In this document: piece after piece, positions 16,263 to 24,129 of the stretch
Layout of the letters: the number at the start of each line of letters is the position of its first letter
Numbering within the stretch: the first letter of the stretch is position 1
Assembly (NCBI GenBank): GCA_963804525.1
Contig: CAWDQO010000003.1
Coordinates: forward strand, 16,687 to 80,686
Length of the DNA: 64,000 nt
Source of the DNA: an uncultured Thermoplasmata archaeon
GTDB lineage: Archaea > Thermoplasmatota > Thermoplasmata > Lutacidiplasmatales > UBA184
Reading direction: 5' to 3'
Notes under the pieces: generated by a model
Seen by the model: only the letters and a program-made list of their open reading frames with translations
What the model was told of the DNA's origin: nothing
The model's database searches: none
Translations under genes and position numbers: made by a program

Positions 16263-18902
16263 GTGGCGGACACAGCGAGTTCGACCCGCCGGGTAGTTGC
16301 GAGCCCCGTTCGGGCCGCGAATGCAAGCCCAGCCGCGCGGCCGTCCCGGTCGACGACGGTCCCGACCCCCCAGGACCTCGACCTCGTCAAGGACGACGCG
16401 CTCCTCCAGCTCCGGATCGGCCGCTCCGCCCACTACTACGCCGTGTTCGTCGCCATCGCGCTCCTCCTCGACGGATTCCTCGTCCTCTTCCTCCGCCCCA
16501 CGCTGATGGGCGTCGTCTCCTCGCGGTTCTGGAACCTTTCGTTCCTCCTCTTCCCGCTGTTCGCCGGTCTGTTCCTCGCGGTCTTCGGCCTCCGGGTGAA
16601 GTGGGAGGTCTACCAGCTCTGGCCGTGGGAACCCCACTTTTCGGTGACGGTGGCGGCCGTCGTCCTCGACCTCGCCCTCGTGGCGGTGTTCGTCATGGCG
16701 GTGGCGCAGGTCGGCCCCGGCGCGAACTGGAACCTCCTGCCGTGGTTCTTCCCCCTCGCGCTGCTGGGCATCTCGGCGCCGCTCTTCGGACTGATCTTCA
16801 CCTGGCCGTCGTGGTCGACGTGGAAGGTGATCTCGATCGGCTCGGCGGCGATCCCGGTCGGCCTCGCCTTCGCCACGTTCCTCCCGAGCGCCGACACGGC
16901 GAGCGGGATCGCGCTCACGCTCTCCTCGAGCGCGGTGCTGTTCCTCGTCGCCGGATCGTTCGTCCACATCATCTCGTCCGGGACCCGGACCCACGAGCGG
17001 GAGATCATCACCTCCGGACAGAGCCGGCTCTTCCAGATCGCCGACGAGCTCCGGGAGCGGGAGGAGGCCCACCACTTCCGGGAGAGCACCCTCCTCGAGC
17101 GGGAGGCGAACGTGGAGAACGCCGAACTGAGCCTCCAGCGAAAGCTCGACTCCCAGGAGGAGGCCCGCCGGCACATCTCCGCCCTCGAGGCCGACGTCCA
17201 GGCGCGGAGCCAGTCGGTCGTCCAGCAGCAGCGCGACCTCGCGATGAAGTCGGCGGAGACCAACGCGCTCAGCAAGACCCTCGAGGACCGGGCGACGAGC
17301 CTCTCCCTGAGGGAGGCCGACCTGGCGGCCCGCCTCCCGAAGCTCGCCGAGCGGGAACAGCAGATCTCCGCACGGGAGGGGGACGCCGCTCGCCATGATG
17401 CGGAGCTCGCCCAGCGGGAGGCCGAGACGAAGCGGCGCACCGATGCGCTCCCGGAGTCGGAGCGACTGCTCGAGGCGCGCCGCCAGGAGCTCGAGCTGAA
17501 GACCGGGGAGATCCTCCGCCAGGAGGGGGAGCTCCGGGGCCGGACCGCCGGGTTTGCGACGGACGACGCCAAGGCGTCCGACCTCGCCGCCCGGGAGGCC
17601 CAGCTCGCCCAGCTGAAGCTCGTCCTCGACGACCAGAACGCCTCGCTCGGCCGGAAAGCGAAGGAGGCCCGGGAGTCGCTCGCCCAGGCGCAGGCGCTCG
17701 CCCAGGAGAACGCGCGGCGCACGGAGGAGGTCGCGACTCGGGAAAGGAGCCTCACGGAGAAGGAGCGGGACGCCACGGAGAAGACCGAGCTCGCGGCGCA
17801 ACGGGCGGCCCAATACGAGGAGATTCTCCACACGTACGAGGAGCGGATCCGCGCCCTCGAGACTCGCGACGCCGAGCTCAAGAATCGCGGCGTCGACCTC
17901 AACCGGGTCAGCCAGACCCTGACCGAGCGCGACCGGACCGCGCGGACCGAGACCGAGCGGCTTCAGGCCCAGCGGGTCGAGCTCGAGCAGCGGGAGAAGG
18001 CGCTGCTCGTCCGCTCGAAGACCCTCGACGCTCGAGAGTCGGAGGTCAGCCTCAAGGGGCAGGCACTCGACCGTCGCGCCGTTCCGATGGCGGCGCCCAG
18101 GACGGGACCGGCGGCCGCCCCGGTCTTGGACGCCAACCTCCTCGCGCCCGCGAGCCGACCGAAGTTCGCGGACCGGATCCCGACCGGGACCCCGCGGCTC
18201 GACGATCTCTTGCTCGGGGGAGTCCCGCCCAAGGCCCACCTCGCGCTGATCGGGGACGCGTTCGTCGGCAAGGAGGTCGCGATCTACGCGTTCGTGGCGG
18301 AGGGGCTCCGGCGCGGCGAGCCGGTCGTCGTCGTCACCGCGTCCCGCTCCCCCGAGGAGCTCGGCCAGAAGATCGGCCTCGTCCTCCCGCAGCTGCACGA
18401 GTACGAGCAGCTCGGCAAGATCCACTGGGTCGACGCCTCGACCCCGACCGACGCCCCGACCGCTCAGCCGTCCACGTCGACCCGCTCGGTGACGCGGGGC
18501 CCGACCGACCACGCCGGGATCCTGAGCGCCCTCGTCCAGCGGTCGAACGCGATCACCACGGGCGGGGCGAAGTCGTTCCGGGTCGCGTACCTCGGCCTCT
18601 CGGCGTCGCTCTCCGCGGCCGACGAGCGGGTCCGGATGAACTTCCTCCAGAACCTCGTGGGCATCCTCAAGCCCCGCAACGCGGTCGCGATGTACTCCCT
18701 CGAATCCGGCTCGCTGCCGGAGAGCCAGGTCGAGACGATCCTCAGCCGGATGGACGGGGCGATCCGGTTCAAGCAGGAGCGGGACAAGACGTTCCTTTCC
18801 GTCCTCGGCCTCGGAGAAGTCGAGACCCACGACTGGGTCGAGTACCGGGCGACGCCGCGGGGCCTCGTGGTCGGCTCGTTCGCGCTCGAGCGGATTCGGT
18901 AA
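16263..18902 (+). CDS. Polytopic membrane domain, long coiled coil and C-terminal KaiC/RecA-like domain with degenerate Walker A
   Basis: Residues about 55-245 contain about six hydrophobic helices. Residues about 250-640 are heptad-like and E/R/A/L-rich. The C-terminus reads RIPTGTPRLDDLLLGGVPPKAHLALIGDAFVGKEV...VVVVT, like KaiC-type ATPases, but has GK-E in place of GK-[ST]. Confidence 0.85.
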   Translation: MADTASSTRRVVASPVRAANASPAARPSRSTTVPTPQDLDLVKDDALLQLRIGRSAHYYAVFVAIALLLDGFLVLFLRPTLMGVVSSRFWNLSFLLFPLFAGLFLAVFGLRVKWEVYQLWPWEPHFSVTVAAVVLDLALVAVFVMAVAQVGPGANWNLLPWFFPLALLGISAPLFGLIFTWPSWSTWKVISIGSAAIPVGLAFATFLPSADTASGIALTLSSSAVLFLVAGSFVHIISSGTRTHEREIITSGQSRLFQIADELREREEAHHFRESTLLEREANVENAELSLQRKLDSQEEARRHISALEADVQARSQSVVQQQRDLAMKSAETNALSKTLEDRATSLSLREADLAARLPKLAEREQQISAREGDAARHDAELAQREAETKRRTDALPESERLLEARRQELELKTGEILRQEGELRGRTAGFATDDAKASDLAAREAQLAQLKLVLDDQNASLGRKAKEARESLAQAQALAQENARRTEEVATRERSLTEKERDATEKTELAAQRAAQYEEILHTYEERIRALETRDAELKNRGVDLNRVSQTLTERDRTARTETERLQAQRVELEQREKALLVRSKTLDARESEVSLKGQALDRRAVPMAAPRTGPAAAPVLDANLLAPASRPKFADRIPTGTPRLDDLLLGGVPPKAHLALIGDAFVGKEVAIYAFVAEGLRRGEPVVVVTASRSPEELGQKIGLVLPQLHEYEQLGKIHWVDASTPTDAPTAQPSTSTRSVTRGPTDHAGILSALVQRSNAITTGGAKSFRVAYLGLSASLSAADERVRMNFLQNLVGILKPRNAVAMYSLESGSLPESQVETILSRMDGAIRFKQERDKTFLSVLGLGEVETHDWVEYRATPRGLVVGSFALERIR

Positions 18903-19021
18903 CCCGGGGACCCGCATCCCCCCCGGCGTAGGGTTCGAGGTCGACAGTTATTCCGAGAACGGGAATCGACGGCATTTCTCCGGTCAAGGTTTAAGAGCCC
19001 TGCCGTCGGGAGGAGCTTCTC

Positions 19022-21132
19022 GTGAGGCCCCGCGCCCGCCGAACGGCCCCCCGACCCGAACGCTTCCCTCTTCACCGGGTCGGGCGGGGCGTCTGGAGCG
19101 GGCTTGCCGTCGCAGCCGTTCTCGCGATGATCCTCGTTCTCCCTCTTCCGGCGTCCGCCCGTCTGGGTCCTCCGCCCGCAGCCGCAAAGGTCGTCCCCAC
19201 GACGAACGCCCTCGTCCGATCGATCGGGTTCCCTGCTCCCAGCGTCGTCCAGTACTTGCACGCGGTTTCCCCGGCCCACCCGCTCACCTGGCCGACGCCC
19301 GCGGGCCCGCGAGCCGCCGCATTGCCGAAGGCGACCGGGGTCAACGGAAGCTCCTGCGACCCGTACTGGCCGGCTTCCATGCCGATCGGGCTCGCGGCCA
19401 TCAACGGATCGGTCACCTGGACGGGAAACACGACGGGGGCGACCCCGCTCAATCTCTCCTGGTCGATCGTGATCGGCGGCGGAGGGATTCCGCCGTACCA
19501 GACGTACGTGGAAATCGAGCCGTACGTCGGCGGCAACTTGACGTGGAATTCCACGAACCTGACCGGGAACGTCTCCCTGACGGTCCCGGGAATGTACGTC
19601 GGCTTCGTGGAGGTCGTCGACTCGACCTGCGACGCCATCGGCGAGTCGTTGCTCGGGCCGGTCACGGTCTATGACCCGTCGGGCCTCGACCCGGTGCAGA
19701 TCTCCGCGTCGACCGCGGGCGGCACCGTCCCCCTCGCGGTCGCTTTTTCGCTGAACCTTTCGAGAGTACCGACGAACGCGAGCATGCTCTGGGAGACCCC
19801 CTTCTCGTACGATTCCGACGGATGGACGATCAACACGACGTACTACCAGCCCGGAAACGACACCGCGACGGGCTGCCTGGTCAACCCGACCACGGGGGCC
19901 TGGCTCGCCTGTGGGAATTCCAGCGCCGTGGCGGTGACCGGGTCGGACCTGACCACCGCGGTCTCGGTTGGGAACGGGACCCTTCCCGTGAACATCACCT
20001 TCTGGGTCAACGTCACGAACGGCTCCGCCCTCCCGGCGGGCTGGACCGTGAACCTGGATACCGACAACGGCACCCTCCTCGAGAACGCCTCGCAGAACGC
20101 CTCCACGAGCCTGACGGGGAGCTTTGGCTGCGGTCCCGAATTCCTCACCAATCCGGCGAACGCCGCCGGGATGTGCCCCTGGGTCGCGAGCTACTTCCTC
20201 GAGGCCGACCCGGGGGAACTCCGGTCTATGTGACCGGGGGAACCATCTGGGCGAACCTGACGGAAAACGGCTCGCCCGTCCTCTGGTACCCGACGGTGAC
20301 GTACACGGAGTCGCCGACGAACGGGTCCGCCCCCCTGAACGTCACCGTGAACGTGACCGCCTCGAACGGTCTCGCTCCGTACCAATACTGGTGGGCCGTC
20401 GTCGGCGCCTCGTCGGCGTTGCCGAACCAGACGTACTTCCCGACCGCCACCGGGAACGGTTCGGGATGGAACGGCTCCCTTCTTGCGCTGTCGTTCTCGT
20501 TCCCGCACCTCGGGATCTACAGGATCACCGTGACCGTCCGAGACTCGGACCTGAACTACGTCTTCCTGTATCCGCCGGTCGTCCCGGTCGGCGTCGCCCT
20601 TGCTCCCCGGCCCCTGCACGTCTCGACCTCCGAGGGAGCCGCCGCGGCGGCCGGCCCGAACGCCACCCGGGTCGCCTTCGTCGCGAACGTCCGCGGCGGG
20701 GAGGGCCCGTACGCGCTCCAGTGGACGTTCGGCGACGGGACCTACGGCAGTTCCCTCCCTGGGGTCCCGGTGACCCATACGTACGCGTCGGCGGGGACGT
20801 TCGTCCCCACCGTGACGGTGACGGATGAGACGGGGGCGACCCAGACGTCGACCCTCCCCGCCGTCGTGATTCTCCCGACACCCTCGACCGGGAACCAATC
20901 GTCTCCAGGCACGACCGGCCCGTCGCACGGGGCGTCCGGGAACGGCGGAGGACCCTCCGGGTGGCTCTCCCTCGGCACCGACGGATGGGTCGGCGGATTC
21001 CTCGTACTCGGGGCGCTCGCGCTCGTTGTCGTGGGGGCCGTCCAGGTCGAGCGGCAGAGGTCGGCCGAGCAGTTGGTGCGCCGGCTCGAGAGCGACACCG
21101 CTTCGGGGAAGCTGCCGCCGATGGGCGGCTGA
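19022..21132 (+). CDS. Sequon-rich surface glycoprotein with PKD-like domains and a C-terminal TM anchor; frame broken at the G-run 20212-20216
   Basis: The N-terminal signal/anchor is GLAVAAVLAMILVLPLPASA. PKD-type motifs are PYQYWW and PYALQWTFGDGTYG...THTY. The C-terminal TM is WVGGFLVLGALALVVVGAV. ORFs 19022..20233 and 19822..21132 join if one G is added. Confidence 0.8.
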
Positions 21133-21197
21133 GGCGGAACCCTCGCCGGCGCGTACCGAGATATCTTTCCGCGACCTCGGGGCGGTGGAACCGTCGG

Positions 21198-22460
21198 ATG
21201 CGCTTCCCGTCCCTGGCCGCGGTCGGCGTCCTCACCCTGGTGCCCGCGATGGGCGCGCTCTCTCCCGTGGTCGGGATCGGCCGTGCCTCGAACGACCGGC
21301 CCGGGACCGTCCCGCACGGCCTGACCCTGACCGCCACGCCCAGCACGGGCGTGGCCCCGCTCCCGGTCGACTTCGACCTCTCGATCCCCCCGAACACGAC
21401 CCTCCCGGAGGTCTCCTGGTCGTTCGGCGACGGCAGCTTCCTTAACGGGAGCGGGACCCCCGTTCTCGCTCCAGTCCACGACTACGAGGCGAGCGGGGTG
21501 TTCGTGGCGACGGCGTCGGCGACCTGGTCGAGCGGGACCGTGAACGCGACGATCCAGATCCAAGTGGCGGCGGCGAACCTCTCGGTCGGGATCCGCGCGA
21601 ACGTCACGAACGGCACCGCTCCGCTCACCGTGGCCTTCACGGGGAGCTCGGCCGGGGGGACCGGGACGTTCGTTTCGTTCGTCTGGGCGTTCGGGGACGG
21701 CGACGCCGGGACCGGCCGATCGATCCGGTACACGTTTACCGGCCCCGGGAATTTTCCGGTGACGCTCGTCGTGACGGACAGCCACGGCGACACCGGCAAG
21801 GCGACGGAATGGGTGAACGTCTCCGCCCGCCCGGATGGAAATTCGACCGGTCCCGGGTCCGGCGCCGCGGACCCCCCTACCTCTGGCCCGAACCCGTGGG
21901 ACCGCTTGCTGGTCGGTGGCTCGATCTGGCCCTTCCTGGGGGTCGTCGCGATCGCCGGCGCGGCGTTGGCCTTCGTGGGGTCCCGGTTCCTCAGCCGACG
22001 GGAAAGCGCTCGTCCGGAGGCCGCTCTCGCAACCAGCCGTTCCCCCATGGTCTCAGTCGGCCCGGGGTCACCTGACTCTCCGTCGCCAACGACCGGTCTG
22101 GAGCCACCCGCCGCACTCGCTTCTCCGCCCACGATTCCGGTCGGGTCGCGAAGGCTCCCCACGCGGGTCACCCAAGAGCGGCAGATTGCGAACCGGCTCA
22201 TCCGGCACCTGGCCGAGCTCCCCCGGATGGCGCCGGGCGACGTCCCGGGACAGGGTCGCACCCAGGCGGGCCTCGTGGTCGCCCTCGGGGCCGGTCAGAG
22301 CGCGGTCGGCCGGGTCCTGGGGCAGTTGGAGCGGGCGGGGGTCGTCACGGTCGTGACCACCCACGTCGTCGGCTCCCCGCGCCGAGTGAAAGTGTACCAG
22401 CTGACCCCCCGGGGGGAGCGGCTAGGACACGCGCTGCGCGAATCCGGCCCTCCGCCTTAG
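21198..22460 (+). CDS. Membrane-tethered regulator: signal peptide, two PKD-like domains, a TM helix and a cytoplasmic winged-helix domain
   Basis: The start is the ATG at codon 80 of ORF 20961..22460. PKD motifs are VSWSFGDGSF and FVWAFGDGDAG..RYTF. The TM helix is IWPFLGVVAIAGAALAFVG. The C-terminus RLIRHLAEL...RTQAGLVVALGAGQSAVGRVLGQLERAGVV...RRVKVYQLTPRGERLG is MarR/PadR-like wHTH. Confidence 0.8.
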   Translation: MRFPSLAAVGVLTLVPAMGALSPVVGIGRASNDRPGTVPHGLTLTATPSTGVAPLPVDFDLSIPPNTTLPEVSWSFGDGSFLNGSGTPVLAPVHDYEASGVFVATASATWSSGTVNATIQIQVAAANLSVGIRANVTNGTAPLTVAFTGSSAGGTGTFVSFVWAFGDGDAGTGRSIRYTFTGPGNFPVTLVVTDSHGDTGKATEWVNVSARPDGNSTGPGSGAADPPTSGPNPWDRLLVGGSIWPFLGVVAIAGAALAFVGSRFLSRRESARPEAALATSRSPMVSVGPGSPDSPSPTTGLEPPAALASPPTIPVGSRRLPTRVTQERQIANRLIRHLAELPRMAPGDVPGQGRTQAGLVVALGAGQSAVGRVLGQLERAGVVTVVTTHVVGSPRRVKVYQLTPRGERLGHALRESGPPP

Positions 22461-22482
22461 GCCCGGGCGGCGTCCCGGCTCC

Positions 22483-22890
22483 TCATCGGAGAGCGACCGG
22501 CTGCGCGGGGGACGTGTCCCGTTCCACGACGACGGCCGTCCCGTACGCAAGGACCTCGGTCATGACGCCGCCGAGCTCCGACGTGTCGAAGTTCACTCCG
22601 ACCACGGCGTTGGCGCCGAGGCTCTTCGCGTGCTCGGTCAGCCGCTCGATCGCTTGATGCCGGACCTGCTCGAGGAGCTTCGTATACACCTTGATCTCCC
22701 CGCCACCCCAGCTCCGGAAGAACGCCCAGATGTTCTGGCCGAGACCCCGCGACCGGACGATGAGGCCGAACGTCGCGCCGATGACCCGGGTCACCCGGTA
22801 GCCGGAAACGAACGGCGTCGTGACGATGAGGAAGTCCGGCGGGGGAGCGAACGACTCCGCCCCTGCGGTGGTTGGCACGGTGCCCTGCAT
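22483..22890 (-). CDS. YbjQ/UPF0145 family protein
   Basis: Motifs are TTPFVSGYRVTRVIGATFGLIVRSRG...ANAVVGVNFD...VLAYGTAVVV. Confidence 0.8.
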   Translation of the reverse strand: MQGTVPTTAGAESFAPPPDFLIVTTPFVSGYRVTRVIGATFGLIVRSRGLGQNIWAFFRSWGGGEIKVYTKLLEQVRHQAIERLTEHAKSLGANAVVGVNFDTSELGGVMTEVLAYGTAVVVERDTSPAQPVALR

Positions 22891-22984
22891 GACCGTGCTG
22901 AGGGCTCGGGGGAATTGAGCTTGGCGCGGGCGCGGAGGGTCGGGGGCTACGCACCCGCCGTCTCGCCAGGGACCCGGGGTCGCC

Positions 22985-23920
22985 TCAGCCGTCGACGACC
23001 GGTTTCCGGTCCTTGATGAAATCGCCCCGGCGGAGCTCCCGCATCGCTTCCTGGAGCTCCTCCTGGCGGTTCATCACAATCGGGCCGTACCACGCGACCG
23101 GTTCCCGGAGCGGACGGCCGGAAACGAGCAGGAACCGGACCCCGTCGGCCCCCGCCTTCACCTCGACCGAGTCGCCGTCGCCGTAGACCGCGACGTGGCG
23201 AGCGGCGGTGGGCCGGTGCGACACCGGGTCGAACGCGCCGGACCCTTCCACGGGGTAGGCGAACGTCGTGTGCCCGGGAACCGTGGGGGCCCGGAACGTC
23301 TCGTTCGGCCGGACCGTGACGTCGAGGTACGTCGGGTCGACCGGGAGCTGATCGACGGGTCCGACCGCGTCCTGGAACGTGCCCGCGACGACCTTGACCG
23401 TCGAGCCCGCCTCGTCGTGAACGATGGGGAACGCTGACCCCCGGACCCCCCGGTATTCCGGAGTCGACATCTTCGACTTCGCCGGCATGTTGACCCACAG
23501 CTGGAATCCGTCGAGCATCCCCTCCATCCGGCGGGGCATCTCCTGGTGGAGAATTCCGCTCCCGGAGCTCATCCATTGGACGTCGCCGGAGTCAATGGTC
23601 CCCGCGTTGCCGAGCGTGTCGCCGTGGTCGACCTGGCCGCTCAGCATGTAGGTCACGGTCTCGATCCCGCGGTGGGGATGCCAGGGGAACCCCGCGACGT
23701 AGTCGGCCGGGTCGGACGATCGGAAGTGGTCGAGCAGCAGGAACGGGTCGAGTCGCGGGACCTCCGAATGGCCGAACAGGCGATGCAGGCGGACTCCGGC
23801 TCCCTCGAGCGCCTCCAGCCCCTCGAACTCCTGATCGACCACCCGGACCTTCGCGGACATCGGAACCCCGTCGATTTGACGTCCGCCGGCCTGATAAGCT
23901 CGCGATAGGCCGAAGGCCAC
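22985..23920 (-). CDS. Pirin family protein (bicupin)
   Basis: Motifs are GFPWHPHRGIETVTYMLSG and ...DVQWMSSGSGILHQE. An alternative ATG start lies at 23860. Confidence 0.88.
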   Translation of the reverse strand: MAFGLSRAYQAGGRQIDGVPMSAKVRVVDQEFEGLEALEGAGVRLHRLFGHSEVPRLDPFLLLDHFRSSDPADYVAGFPWHPHRGIETVTYMLSGQVDHGDTLGNAGTIDSGDVQWMSSGSGILHQEMPRRMEGMLDGFQLWVNMPAKSKMSTPEYRGVRGSAFPIVHDEAGSTVKVVAGTFQDAVGPVDQLPVDPTYLDVTVRPNETFRAPTVPGHTTFAYPVEGSGAFDPVSHRPTAARHVAVYGDGDSVEVKAGADGVRFLLVSGRPLREPVAWYGPIVMNRQEELQEAMRELRRGDFIKDRKPVVDG

Positions 23921-23978
23921 CTGGGCCCTCGAGCCTCACCGGTAGGCGCCGCCATCGCCCGATTTGAGGAACTCTCAG

Positions 23979-24000
23979 ATTCTGGGGAATATTCTGGGGA
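23979..24000 (+). repeat. Direct repeat ATTCTGGGGA x2 (2-nt spacer) in the pirin / YVTN-gene spacer
   Basis: GATTCTGGGGAATATTCTGGGGATAG, read directly from the sequence. It lies about 130 nt upstream of ATG 24130. Confidence 0.6.
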
Positions 24001-24129
24001 TAGATGCGGCCGACCTTTATCCCGCTCCCGACCGTCGGACGCCACATGGAGACCTCGGACGGACCGATCCGGAATGCCGAGGCGGTCTTCGTCTCCCCCG
24101 CGTCGAGCTCCGTTCGAGGGTCGCGGGGC

